A stretch of DNA of 64,000 nt from Pseudomonadota bacterium (GTDB lineage Bacteria > Bdellovibrionota_C > UBA2361 > OMII01). The translations under genes and the position numbers were made by a program. Numbering within the stretch: position 1 is the first letter of the stretch; each line of letters opens with the position of its first letter. Location of the stretch: the NCBI GenBank assembly GCA_041178185.1, contig JBEGVS010000005.1, positions 14,103 to 78,102 on the forward strand. The letters are read 5' to 3'. Below the pieces are notes generated by a model. The model searched no databases, had not been told where the DNA came from, and saw nothing but the letters and a program-made list of their open reading frames with translations. This document shows positions 54,650-64,000 of this stretch, piece after piece.

Positions 54650-57103
54650 ATGTCATCCGCTGTTCAGTCAGAGCCTTCCATACCCCCTGCAACCTCGTAT
54701 AGCGCGGGAGATAGCCAGACGGCGAACGGTTCAGACGAGATACTAGCGGGCGATCCAACCCAATTCGCGCGTTGGTTTCAGGAGCAATTTCCAGCGATAC
54801 CCTTTCGCTCCGCCCTCGCAGTTATTCGCTTAGCCGCTGAAAAGGCAACCGTTCCATTCATCGCGCGCTATCGAAAGGAGCAGACCGGAAACCTTGACGA
54901 GGTCGCTATCGGAAACATCATCGACGCGGTGACGCGATGGAAGAGCATCGTTGAACGAAAGGCCTTTATCCTCTCCGAGATCGAGGCCCAAGGTAAGTTG
55001 ACCCCTGAGCTCAGGAGCCAGATCGAAGCAACATTTGACCTCTTAGTGCTCGAGGACCTCTATCTTCCCTATAAGCGAAAACGAAAGACAAAAGCCACTA
55101 TCGCCCGCGAGGCAGGGCTTGAGCCGCTTGCGCAGTGGATTTGGGATTGCGCCCACGGCGCTGCTTTTAACTCAGAGGACACCTTGCAGAGCAAGGCCCA
55201 GTCCTTTGTAAACGCCGAAGTCGGCATTGCGGACACGGCGGCGGCGATTCAGGGCGCGGAATCAATCCTGATCGAGCGGATCTCTGAGGTAGTCGAGTTA
55301 CGGCAAGAGGTACGAAACCAGCTCTTCACCAACGGACATCTCGCCTCAACCAAGGGCGAGAAAGCGAAGGTCCCGAGTAAGTTCGATAGGTATTTTGAGT
55401 ACAACGAACCGATAGCGGCTCTCATGAAGCGCGAGAACAGCCATCGATACCTAGCGGTCCGTCGAGGAGAGGGGGAAGGAGAGCTCGCGCTCTCTATCGG
55501 TAGCGCCCCACAGAACGAGGCTCTCATGGCGAATCTGCTCACCATGTATCAGAACCACGCCTGCCCAACGAAGGGGAGCCCCGGCGAAAAGCAACTTCTG
55601 ATGTCGGCTCGACTAGCGCTCAGGGTGTACGTGCTTCTGTCGATTGAGAACGAGATCCACTCTGCACTCCGAGAGGTTGCCGACACCGCCGCTATCGAGG
55701 TCTTTAGTGAAAATGTAAGAAAGGTGCTCCTTGCATCTCCACTGGGTAGTAAGTGCGTACTCGGCGTTGACCCAGGCCTACGAACGGGGTGCAAGCTCGC
55801 GCTCATTAACTCATCGGGCGAATTTCTCGCCAGCGGCGTTATTCACCTCCTCACTCCGGAGCAGCAAGCGCATTCGTACCAGCAGCTCAAGACGGTGCTT
55901 GAGAACGGCAAGGTTGAGGCGATAGCGGTTGGAAACGGTACCGCTGCGCGCGAAACCGAGAAATTCTTACGCGACACGGTCTCCAAGATGAGCCTCAAGA
56001 TACCAGTTGTGATGGTGAGCGAGTCAGGTGCGAGCATTTACAGCGCAAGCGAGGTCGCCCGAGAGGAGTTCCCGGACCTCGATGTAACGGTACGAGGCGC
56101 GATCTCGATCGCACGCCGCCTTCAAGATCCCCTTGCAGAGCTGGTGAAGGTCGATCCAAAGAGTATCGGCGTGGGGCAATACCAGCACGACGTATCCCAA
56201 TACGCCCTTAAGAGCGCCCTCGAGCGCGTGGTGGAATCATGCGTGAACACCGTGGGTGTCAACGTTAACACCGCCTCGCGACACCTGCTCGCCTACGTCT
56301 CTGGAATTGGTCCCTCACTAGCCCGCTCCCTGGTCGAGCATCGCGCGAAGAAGGGCCTTTTCACCTCGCGTGAGCAGCTCAAGGAGGTGCCGTATTTTGG
56401 CGAGCGAGCGTTCGAACAAGCCGCAGGGTTCCTCCGAATCCCGAACAGCTCCAATCCACTCGATACCACGGGGGTCCATCCGGAACGTTACACAGCCCTT
56501 GAAACCTTTGCTGCGCAGAACCAAAAGAACCTTGGAGATCTCCTTGGCAAAGGAGTTGCTGCCCTCAAGAGCAATACCCAACTCAAACAGACCCTCGGAG
56601 ACTTCACCTTTAACGATATCATTCAGGAGTTGGAGAAGCCGGGCCGAGATCCGCGCTCAGAGTTTGAGTACGTTCAGTATCGAGAGGATATTCATGAGCT
56701 CTCCGATTTAAAGCCCGGGATGGTATGCACGGGAGTGGTTACCAACGTCACGAATTTCGGAGCGTTTGTGGATATCGGTGTTCATCAAGATGGGCTCGTG
56801 CATATCTCCCAACTCAGCGACTCCTTCGTGAAGGATCCTCGCACAGTGGTAAGCGCCGGCGACAAGGTGCAGGTACGCGTTCTTGAGGTTAACGTAGAGA
56901 AGCGTCAGATCGCATTGACGATGAAAAAGAACGCGGAGCGAAGACCCTCCTCCAGCGAATCGCATGGCGCACCTACCTCACGGGGTGAGCAACGAACTCG
57001 GGAAGGCTCCTCGAGGCACTCGCGATCTATGAGCACCCTCCCTCAATCCCAAAGCATCGGGAATAACCCCTTCGCGAACCTTGGAGCGATGCTCAAGAGG
57101 TAA
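54650..57103 (+). CDS. tex: Tex-family transcription accessory protein (YqgF/HhH/S1 domains), 817 aa
   Basis: ATG at 54650 with an AAGGAGA RBS. N-terminal VPFIARYRKEQTGNLDEV. YqgF-like region VLGVDPGLRTGCKLALIN. HhH region. C-terminal S1 domain GMVCTGVVTNVTNFGAFVDIGVHQDGLVHISQLSDSFVKDPRTVVSAGDKVQVRVLEVNVEKRQIALTMK. Confidence 0.85.
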   Translation: MSSAVQSEPSIPPATSYSAGDSQTANGSDEILAGDPTQFARWFQEQFPAIPFRSALAVIRLAAEKATVPFIARYRKEQTGNLDEVAIGNIIDAVTRWKSIVERKAFILSEIEAQGKLTPELRSQIEATFDLLVLEDLYLPYKRKRKTKATIAREAGLEPLAQWIWDCAHGAAFNSEDTLQSKAQSFVNAEVGIADTAAAIQGAESILIERISEVVELRQEVRNQLFTNGHLASTKGEKAKVPSKFDRYFEYNEPIAALMKRENSHRYLAVRRGEGEGELALSIGSAPQNEALMANLLTMYQNHACPTKGSPGEKQLLMSARLALRVYVLLSIENEIHSALREVADTAAIEVFSENVRKVLLASPLGSKCVLGVDPGLRTGCKLALINSSGEFLASGVIHLLTPEQQAHSYQQLKTVLENGKVEAIAVGNGTAARETEKFLRDTVSKMSLKIPVVMVSESGASIYSASEVAREEFPDLDVTVRGAISIARRLQDPLAELVKVDPKSIGVGQYQHDVSQYALKSALERVVESCVNTVGVNVNTASRHLLAYVSGIGPSLARSLVEHRAKKGLFTSREQLKEVPYFGERAFEQAAGFLRIPNSSNPLDTTGVHPERYTALETFAAQNQKNLGDLLGKGVAALKSNTQLKQTLGDFTFNDIIQELEKPGRDPRSEFEYVQYREDIHELSDLKPGMVCTGVVTNVTNFGAFVDIGVHQDGLVHISQLSDSFVKDPRTVVSAGDKVQVRVLEVNVEKRQIALTMKKNAERRPSSSESHGAPTSRGEQRTREGSSRHSRSMSTLPQSQSIGNNPFANLGAMLKR

Positions 57104-57683
57104 GCGAGGGGGGCGGGCCCTATCCTCGACCCGATGCGGCCTCTTAGAGAACTCCACCGAAGCCGCTCACACGGAGCGGCCCACGCGGAGCTTTACACGC
57201 TCTCTTTTTGGAGGTTATCCAACTTAATCTTTTTAGCGCGAGCTAGATCACGGTGAGCGTCTACTCGTCACCGTCCTGCGCGGCTCTTCCTGGCGAACCA
57301 AAGCCGAGGATTGTGGGAGTGCTGCCCGGACCTCCGGGCTCTAACATGTGATTATCAAAAGGGCCTCCAGCCGGCGTATTCCGGAGGAAATAGAGGGGAA
57401 AACGACCTCGTGGGAAATTGCATCGCTCTCGGGGGAACAGACATAAGCATGGCCACACGTGCGCGTCCTCGTGACGATGATTGGGACACCTTGCAGGGCC
57501 ACAGATTCGGGGTTCCGGCGGTAGTACAATCGGCACAACCGAAGGGACCTTGCGTTCGCCTCCCACAACTTTGCCTGAACTCCAAAGGAGTGGTACCTTC
57601 ACGAACCACGCACTGACAAGCCCCAGGAAGAAAAAGACCTAAAGACTAGCTTAACCTCTGCCCAAAACGTAACGGCCGTGAAC

Positions 57684-58955
57684 ATGAACCAGATCACAAA
57701 AGCTCCCGAAGAGATCACCGTCTCCATCACCAGCCTCGCGTCAGGAGGTAGCTTCGTGGGCACCATCTCGGCACCGGAACGGCATGCCGGGAAGAAAGCC
57801 TTCATTCCCTATACCGCTCCTGGCGAGAACGTAACCGCAACTATTACACTCAACAAAAAGAGCTTCGTAAACGGAGCGCTCATCGCCGTCTCGAATCCCT
57901 CTCCCGATCGAACCACCCCGCCGTGCCCGGTGTTCGGCCAATGCGGCGGGTGCGATATCCAACACCTCAAGTTACCGACGCAACGTTCCCTCAAATCTCA
58001 GATGGTGGCAGATCTCCTCCGCGTCCATGGTGGAATCGAGGTGCCAGGCGATGTGCAGGTACTAGGAGAGGATCTCCCAGGATTGAACTATCGACGAAGG
58101 ATGTCGTTCCACATCAACAAAAAGGGGGAGTTTGGCCTCTACCGTAAACACGCCCGCTCCATCGTTGAGATAGACAACTGTCCGATCTCAACACCGGCGA
58201 TTAATGCATGTCTCAAAGAGAACCTCGACCTCTTCCGGGCGTGCGCTCCTGAGTGCGAGACGGTCACGATTGAGGATCACGACGAGGGAATCTTCATAGC
58301 GCTTGAGGTTCACCCCCGAAACGACAAAGCGCTCACAACACTCGAACCGAAGCCCGCCTTTCAGGAGCTCCTCAAGCGGGTACCGAACCTCCAAGTAAAC
58401 TACCGCCACAAACCTATCTTTAAGGCTGCCGGACGATCACTCGACGCCCCTCCTGTTGGACACTTCTCTCAGAACAATCGCGCCGCAAACGATCTGATGA
58501 TCGACTATATCAAGCAGCACGTTACCACCGAGCGAGTCACCGACCTCTACGCTGGAGCCGGCAATATCTCGATACCCCTCGCGCAGGCGGGCCATATCGT
58601 CACCGCCGTTGAGCTCGATCCTCATCTCGTTGAGTTCGGTCAATCTCGGGCCGTGGCGGCCGATCTCGGCCTCTCCCTCACCTTTTACCACCAAGGGTGT
58701 GAGAAATGGATCGATGCCCATACTCCGGATACGACGGTAGTGCTGGACCCCCCGCGCAGCGGTGCGCTTGAGGTGTGTCAGCGACTCTCCCCGAGCGTCT
58801 CAACGACGCTCGTCTACGTTAGCTGCTACCCACCGACCTTCGCACGTGATGTGCAGGTACTCGTCGAGCGCGGATACAAACTTCAAAGTGTGAAGATGTT
58901 GGATATGTTCCCCCAAACGTACCATGCGGAGCTGATTGGGGTACTCGTTGCCTAA
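57684..58955 (+). CDS. 23S rRNA (uracil-C5)-methyltransferase RlmD/RumA family (TRAM + 4Fe-4S Cys cluster + class I SAM MTase)
   Basis: GTG at 57678 / ATG at 57684. TRAM-like N-terminus. Cys cluster CPVFGQCGGCDIQH. SAM motif DLYAGAGNISIPLA. Catalytic VVLDPPRSG and C-terminal YVSCYPPTFARD. Confidence 0.75.
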   Translation: MNQITKAPEEITVSITSLASGGSFVGTISAPERHAGKKAFIPYTAPGENVTATITLNKKSFVNGALIAVSNPSPDRTTPPCPVFGQCGGCDIQHLKLPTQRSLKSQMVADLLRVHGGIEVPGDVQVLGEDLPGLNYRRRMSFHINKKGEFGLYRKHARSIVEIDNCPISTPAINACLKENLDLFRACAPECETVTIEDHDEGIFIALEVHPRNDKALTTLEPKPAFQELLKRVPNLQVNYRHKPIFKAAGRSLDAPPVGHFSQNNRAANDLMIDYIKQHVTTERVTDLYAGAGNISIPLAQAGHIVTAVELDPHLVEFGQSRAVAADLGLSLTFYHQGCEKWIDAHTPDTTVVLDPPRSGALEVCQRLSPSVSTTLVYVSCYPPTFARDVQVLVERGYKLQSVKMLDMFPQTYHAELIGVLVA

Positions 58956-59013
58956 CCTCTAGGTCCACATTCCCGGTTTCACCCCCGTTGCCTCGGATGC
59001 TATAAGGGGTCCC

Positions 59014-59583
59014 ATGCGACACATCATCCTTTCACTCTTTTTTGGCACCGCTCTCCTGTGTTCCGGCCACCTGTGCTCCATTCAAAGCTCCTTGGCGCAG
59101 GATAGATACACCGATGGGAAGTACAGCGACCTTGTCCCTACGAGCCCCAAGGAGGGGTGGTCGAAACTTGAGCCGATCGATAAGGGCGAAGGAGCGCCGT
59201 TTTGGTCGCACGTGCTCTTGTGGATCCCCAACCGTATCCTGGACTTTATTGACATCTTTCGGATAGACGTGGGCGTTGGCCCCTCCTTTGGGGCGGTGGC
59301 TCGGGTCACAAAGTATGGGGAGATCGGCTATCGACAGATGGCTCCGGCGTCCGTTCGCGTCGGAGATTTCGGTCGACAGATGCCTTTCCTTATCGAAACG
59401 AGCAACGAATTTGGTGTTGGACCTGCCTACGTGAACTCATCTGACCGCAAGGTGTGTGACGGAGAGATCGGCCTTGGGGCCGACCTGCTCGTAGCCGGAG
59501 CATACGGGGGAGTATGCGTTGACGAATTCGCCGATTTTGTGGCCGGAATCTTTTTCATCGACCTGAAAGATGACGATCTCTAA
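59014..59583 (+). CDS. hypothetical secreted protein (189 aa)
   Basis: ATG at 59014 with an aagggg RBS. Signal peptide MRHIILSLFFGTALLCSGHLCSIQSSLA. Gly-rich beta-type composition. No motif recognised. Confidence 0.4.
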   Translation: MRHIILSLFFGTALLCSGHLCSIQSSLAQDRYTDGKYSDLVPTSPKEGWSKLEPIDKGEGAPFWSHVLLWIPNRILDFIDIFRIDVGVGPSFGAVARVTKYGEIGYRQMAPASVRVGDFGRQMPFLIETSNEFGVGPAYVNSSDRKVCDGEIGLGADLLVAGAYGGVCVDEFADFVAGIFFIDLKDDDL

Positions 59584-59593
59584 CAGGCGTGCC

Positions 59594-60121
59594 ATGACCC
59601 TCATGCAGCAGATCGAGCTCCTCTTTTCGAGGACTGTGAGGCGGTCCACCAACCCGCCTAATGCTCGCCGGATGCGAGGCCCACGAACTCGGCCACCGGC
59701 GGAAAGCGACGAGTTCCTTCGCAATCTGTGGACTGGCCTGAGAAGTGAGTTCTATCCCGAACGACCGGAGCTCGATTCGTATGTAGTCACCTGGAGCAAT
59801 CGTCCACAAAAGCGAGTGCTCGCTTCCTGCAACATCAGACAGCGCCGGGTCGTGGTCGCGAGAGAGCTCTTTGAGCCAACCGCCTGTCGGTGGATAGCTC
59901 CGGTCCTCTACCATGAGCTGTGTCACGCAGTTATCGGAGAGGGGGTACACCTTCGCAGCGGCAAACGGCAGTGGCATGGCTATCAGTTTCGGGCTCTTGA
60001 GTCGCGGCATCCCGACATCCCCGCCATGAACGCCTGGATCCGATCCGGTGGTTGGGCAATGGCGGTTCGGTCTCATCGCGCTCGCCGAGCCTGGTCACGC
60101 CGCAAAACCGCAATCGGTTAA
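59594..60121 (+). CDS. SprT-like zinc metallopeptidase-fold protein
   Basis: The ORF opens at 59570; ATG at 59594. The HExxH motif context ...IAPVLYHELCHAV... and the upstream CNIRQRRVVVARELF resemble the SprT family. Confidence 0.5.
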   Translation: MTLMQQIELLFSRTVRRSTNPPNARRMRGPRTRPPAESDEFLRNLWTGLRSEFYPERPELDSYVVTWSNRPQKRVLASCNIRQRRVVVARELFEPTACRWIAPVLYHELCHAVIGEGVHLRSGKRQWHGYQFRALESRHPDIPAMNAWIRSGGWAMAVRSHRARRAWSRRKTAIG

Positions 60122-60161
60122 CGCCCCTCCCCTCGATCTCCGATCCGACGTATAGTGTCGC

Positions 60162-61070
60162 ATGCTCTCGCGTCGCGCCCTCTTACAGTCTGCAGCTCTT
60201 GCCGGAACCGGAATCGCCGCAGCAGCTCTCACACACGATATGCGTCCCGACGGGTACACCGGGACACCGATCTGTGAGCGACTTAAGCTTACCATTCCCG
60301 ATCTTCCCCCAGCGTTCCTTGGATATCGCATCGGATACCTCACCGATCTCCACCTTGGGTTGTGGGTGCCCCAATCATGGATCACCGACGCATTCGAGAG
60401 GCTAATCGCTGAGAAGGTAGACATCCTCCTCCTCGGTGGTGACTACATCTTTGTGAGCGATAACCCCTTGTGGGAGACGACTCATTGTCTGAGGAATACC
60501 GACTACCTCGGGATCTCCCGACGAGAGATGGCGCGGCGCGCTTTTTCCGACATCTGTCGAGTGATGGCCGGATATTCATTCACGGACGGAATCGTGGGTG
60601 TGGTGGGCAATCACGAACATTGGAACTCCCTTGAAACCTTTACCACCGCAGCTCGTGACTATCCCTCCCTGAAGTTCTTGATAAATGAAACTCACCGAAT
60701 CACTCGAGGCGCGTCATCCCTTGAGATATTCGGTGTCGATGACTTTCTGACCGGTTTCCCGATCAAACCTCCACCACGAACGAGCAATACTCCGCGCATT
60801 ATGATCAGTCACAACCCGGACTACGTAGCCATGCTGAGTGATGACGAGCGGGAGTCATTCGATCTCGCTCTCTGTGGCCACACGCATGGTGGACAGGTGC
60901 GCATCCCGGGCCTTATGGGGGTCGTCATCCCCGTTCAAGATCCGCGCTTTATGTCGGGACTCACCGATATCGGAACGGGATATGTATACACCTCACGGGG
61001 ACTTGGGGTGGTCGGATTACCGATTCGAGTCAACTGCCCACCGGAGATTACGGTTATTGAGCTGACCTAA
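60162..61070 (+). CDS. calcineurin-like metallophosphoesterase with twin-arginine (TAT) signal
   Basis: MLSRRALLQSAALAGTGIAAAAL has the RR motif. MPE motifs: ILLLGGDYIF (GDxxD/GDY), GNHEHW (GNHE), CGHTHGG (GHxH). Confidence 0.7.
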   Translation: MLSRRALLQSAALAGTGIAAAALTHDMRPDGYTGTPICERLKLTIPDLPPAFLGYRIGYLTDLHLGLWVPQSWITDAFERLIAEKVDILLLGGDYIFVSDNPLWETTHCLRNTDYLGISRREMARRAFSDICRVMAGYSFTDGIVGVVGNHEHWNSLETFTTAARDYPSLKFLINETHRITRGASSLEIFGVDDFLTGFPIKPPPRTSNTPRIMISHNPDYVAMLSDDERESFDLALCGHTHGGQVRIPGLMGVVIPVQDPRFMSGLTDIGTGYVYTSRGLGVVGLPIRVNCPPEITVIELT

Positions 61071-61625
61071 ATAGGAGCTCCCACCGAATCACAACATCCC
61101 TCACAGCGGCACTCTGATGACGTAACGCAAGCCCCACACAACAGGGCGGGCCCCATGTTCCCTCTCCGGAGAGGGGCCTGCAGGTGACCACCCAACCCAC
61201 TCCCCTCGGGCTCTTAGCCGTCCAGCGCTCAAGGCGACCCCATGACCTGTGCGTACACGATGGCTGCCAATCCGTTGTAACACCCTGGGATTACTGGCTA
61301 TATATACAACCAACTCGATTAAACCCGGGGCTCGCCCTAAACGGTGCCACCTGTCCATCCAGCACAACCCCGATCTCTTTACTTATCCCCCTGTTTTTTG
61401 CTAAAAAACCCCATCACTTAATGGCACGCATCGTACGTGGAGCGTGGTTCCCCGAAGGGAACGTAATGTAAGCATGGATTTGAAATGGTAGTTGGAGCTA
61501 TGAACGACGAAGTTGATTCTGAGAAGACAGCAGCAAAAGGCAGCACTGATTCGGTAGGTGGTGCTCCCCGGGCTCGCGAGCCACGTGCTGCAGCTCCAGG
61601 CGATGACCGCGCTCGCGCAGGCGCC

Positions 61626-61829
61626 ATGGAGGTAGTCGTTTCTCACAACATCGAGAAGGCTATGAAGATCCTCAAGCGTAAGCTTATCAAAGAGGGCCTC
61701 TTCAAGGAGCTCAAGGCTCGTAAGTACTACGAGAAGCCATCCGAGCGCCGCAAGCGTAAGGAGAAGGAGTCTCGCAAGAAGGCTCGAAAAGAGCAGGCTC
61801 GCATCAGCAAGGGGCCAGGCCTCATGTAA
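61626..61829 (+). CDS. rpsU: 30S ribosomal protein S21
   Basis: MEVVVSHNIEKAMKILKRKLIKEGLFKELKARKYYEKPSERRKRKEKESRKKARKEQ matches S21 (V.V..NE..E.ALRRFKR....EGI..E.RRR.FYEKPS..RKR). The ORF opens further upstream at 61485, but the S21 homology begins at this internal ATG. Confidence 0.6.
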   Translation: MEVVVSHNIEKAMKILKRKLIKEGLFKELKARKYYEKPSERRKRKEKESRKKARKEQARISKGPGLM

Positions 61830-61855
61830 TCTTCGCTCTCATGAGCAAGATTCTC

Positions 61856-61886
61856 AAAGAGGAGCCGTTCGGCTCCTCTTTTTTTG
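61856..61886 (+). terminator. rho-independent terminator after rpsU
   Basis: aaagaggagcc-gttc-ggctcctcttt stem-loop followed directly by a T7 run. Confidence 0.7.
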
Positions 61887-62146
61887 CCTTTCGAGCTAGC
61901 GCCACCTGTCAACAGCTCGCCCCCCCAAACGCCTTCAACATCGAAGGCTCAAGATAGTCGCGTCACTACCAAAGAGTTCCCATTCTCGGCCCGGAGGAGG
62001 CCCCAATCACTCCGTTATGACGGGTGAAATGAGCGTTTCCTGCACGAGAGCCCTTTGCCTTATCTTCCTAACAGGGTACTTTTCCCTTGTATGCATTTGG
62101 CTCTCCCCGAGCACAAGCGCCGCAATGTGAAGCAGAGAAACCGCCT

Positions 62147-63391
62147 GTGAGAATCATCTCCCGATACGTGCTGAAAGAGGTCTTCACCTTCTTCTCAATC
62201 AGCCTCCTCACCTTCACGGGCCTCCTCCTCACCGTCAGGATGCTTAAGCTCACATCCCTGATCGTGAATCGTGGAGTTGAGGTCGGCCAAATCGCAAAGG
62301 TGTTCCTCGCGATCATTCCAACTTTTCTTGAGATAGCGCTCCCCATGTCGACCCTTCTTGGGGTGATGCTCGCGTTTGCGCGTATGTGCGGGGACTCCGA
62401 AATGGTGGTTCTTCGCGCGAGCGGAATCAGCATCCTGAAGTTCATCGTCCCCATCGGCATCTTCGCCCTCGTCGTCGGTTCAAGCGGTCTCTTCGTCTCG
62501 TTTGTGTTGCGACCGTGGGGATTCTCTACCCTCTCTACCGCGCTCTTTGAGATAGCTCGATCCAAAAGCACCTCGGGACTCACCGAGGGGGTCTTCAACA
62601 AGATTGGGCAACTTACTCTGTATGCCGAAAAGATCGACTACCAAACGGGTGACCTCTCGCGAGTAATCGTTGATGACAAACGCAACGATACGCAACGCAA
62701 GGTTGTGGTCGCGCGTCGAGGAAAGATCGTAGCCGACGAGGAGACGCAAACGCTCTCCCTCTTGTTGGGTGAGGGGATCGCTCATGAAACCGATGGCGAA
62801 AACTACTCTCGTACCGAGTTCCAATCAAACAGCTTGAGCGTTAACCCGATGGAGCTCAAAGACGAGGCAAAAAAAGGGGCAGTGGCTCGTGAACTCTCCG
62901 GCCCCAAGCTCCAGGAGACCGTCGAGTACTACAAGCAGAAAATACGGGCGATCGAAGGGGATACGATCGAGGTATACGGTCAGACCCTCACCAAGAAAGA
63001 GCTGCTCAAAAAATTTCGTCGCGCCAAGATTGAGTACGGTCAACGACTATCCCTCCCCTACGCCTCTGTCGTGATGGCGTTTATCGGTATGGCGCTCGGA
63101 ATCATGTCCCCTCGCACGCAGCGCACCTGGGGAGCTGGCTTCGCAGCCACCCTCGGTCTCGTAGTTTTCATCCTGTACTATTCGATCTTTTCGATTGGCC
63201 TCACGATGGCGGATAGCGGGGCGCTCAAGGTGTGGATCGCTCTGTGGGCTCCCAACATCATCACTACCGCTATTGCGGTACTTCTCGTCTACAAAGTGGG
63301 CACCGAGCAGTGGCAATCGGTTTCTGAGGGAGCGCAAAAAGCCTTAGAGCGTGTGGCTACCTTCGCGAAACGTTGGAGGAAGCACTCATGA
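62147..63391 (+). CDS. LPS export ABC permease LptF/LptG family (YjgP/YjgQ)
   Basis: GTG at 62147 gives VRIISRYVLKEVFTFFSISLLTFTGLLL (the characteristic LptF/G N-terminus); alternative ATG at 62087. Six TM segments and a central periplasmic beta-jellyroll region. Confidence 0.7.
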   Translation: MRIISRYVLKEVFTFFSISLLTFTGLLLTVRMLKLTSLIVNRGVEVGQIAKVFLAIIPTFLEIALPMSTLLGVMLAFARMCGDSEMVVLRASGISILKFIVPIGIFALVVGSSGLFVSFVLRPWGFSTLSTALFEIARSKSTSGLTEGVFNKIGQLTLYAEKIDYQTGDLSRVIVDDKRNDTQRKVVVARRGKIVADEETQTLSLLLGEGIAHETDGENYSRTEFQSNSLSVNPMELKDEAKKGAVARELSGPKLQETVEYYKQKIRAIEGDTIEVYGQTLTKKELLKKFRRAKIEYGQRLSLPYASVVMAFIGMALGIMSPRTQRTWGAGFAATLGLVVFILYYSIFSIGLTMADSGALKVWIALWAPNIITTAIAVLLVYKVGTEQWQSVSEGAQKALERVATFAKRWRKHS

Positions 63392-64000
63392 AGATCCTCC
63401 ATCGATACATACTTTCGCTCCTCATAAAGAACTTCCTAATCGGACTTACGACCTTTGTGTTCCTGTTTCTCGTCGTTGATTTTATCGACCGTATCGACAA
63501 CGTGCTCAGCGAAGGGGCCTCGGTGTGGCTGATACTGCAGTATTTCTTGTGCAAAGTTCCACTTATGGCACAGTTGATGTTGCCGGTGGCGCTTATCTTT
63601 GCCACCCTCTTTACGTACGGACTCCTCTCTAAGAGCTCCGAGATTACCGCGATGCGAGCCTCAGGCCTCACGGTTGCATGGCTCGGTCGTCCGTTGATGA
63701 TGTTTGGAATAGCCCTCTCCCTTTTCTCCCTCTTTCTAGGGGAGGTCATCGTTCCGATCTCGGAACGGAGACAAAAGGAGCTCTACAACATCGACATTCG
63801 GCAAAAGGATAAAAAGGGCGGCTATAGTCAATCAGACTTCTGGTGGCGCCAGGGGCAGAACTTTTACGCCTTTGACCTCTTCGATTCACGGACCAATACC
63901 ATTCACTCCCTCTCACAATTTGAGATCCCTGAGGACTGGCGGGTGGCTCAACGAACCGACGCCCGAACCGCTCACTGGATCGACCAAGGACTAGGATGGA
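63389..64000 (+). CDS. second LptF/LptG-family permease, 5' part (continues beyond window end)
   Basis: The ATG at 63389 overlaps the preceding stop (ATGA). MKILHRYILSLLIKNFLIGLTTFVFLFLVVDFIDRIDN is the LptG/LptF signature start. No stop codon before position 64000. Confidence 0.65.

Noticed and set aside
57300-57345. gcccggaggtccgggcagc (minus-strand sense) resembling the SRP-RNA domain IV core
   Set aside because: It does not match the conserved GGUCCGGAAGGAAGCAGC motif closely enough, and the flanking helices are not evident.
61405-61425. tggcacgcatcgtacg resembling a sigma-54 -24/-12 promoter upstream of rpsU
   Set aside because: The -12 element would read gtac rather than TTGC with correct spacing. 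Not supportable.
61485-61625. Long N-terminal extension of the S21 ORF
   Set aside because: S21 homology begins exactly at the internal Met (MEVVVSHNIEKAMKILKRKL). The upstream 47 codons are Ala/Arg/Gly-rich without a family signature, so the shorter gene model is preferred, though the extension cannot be excluded.
1-64000. Search for tRNA, rRNA and CRISPR arrays
   Set aside because: No T-loop/acceptor-stem patterns (GGTTCGAATCC-type) outside coding sequence, no rRNA-like conserved blocks, and no regularly spaced direct repeats were seen by eye. A tRNAscan/cmscan run would be needed to be certain.

Overview
A high-GC (~58-60%) chromosomal segment from a Gram-negative bacterium (LptF/LptG LPS-export permeases are present). 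Roughly the first 13 kb is an F-type (MPF-F-like) type IV secretion/conjugation module. On the minus strand the gene order is secreted protein, TraL, TraE, TraK, TraB, TraV-like lipoprotein, a second lipoprotein, the TraC/VirB4 ATPase, then more small exported proteins that run off the window start. Transcribed divergently from it is an unknown 682-aa membrane protein that ends 12 nt before the start of a TraD/VirD4-family coupling ATPase carrying a long Pro/Lys-rich tail. The rest of the window is mostly housekeeping and accessory genes: a secreted PQQ-type sugar dehydrogenase-PKD protein with two glycosyltransferases; a flavin reductase; YciH/SUI1; a transglutaminase-like protein; two sensor kinases; ETF beta/alpha plus DUF192; a Ski2-like helicase encoded as two overlapping ORFs; an ABC ATPase; Dus; a CspA-family protein with a strong terminator; an IMPase-family phosphatase; a SulP transporter with a beta-carbonic anhydrase; a short AlaRS; SufS; YacG; L33 and S21; a FabF-like KAS with a BioF-like enzyme; TyrRS; Smr; Tex; RlmD; SprT-like; and a TAT-signal metallophosphoesterase. 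The more unusual items are a secreted serpin flanked by two paralogous small HTH-like proteins, a P1B-type ATPase homologue whose catalytic motifs all appear degenerate, a secreted miniprotein made of three CPxGYxxSGxYC repeats, and an in-frame 15-bp x3 tandem repeat. No rRNA, tRNA or CRISPR array was recognised. Every functional call is from reading the six-frame translations for motifs; no searches were run.
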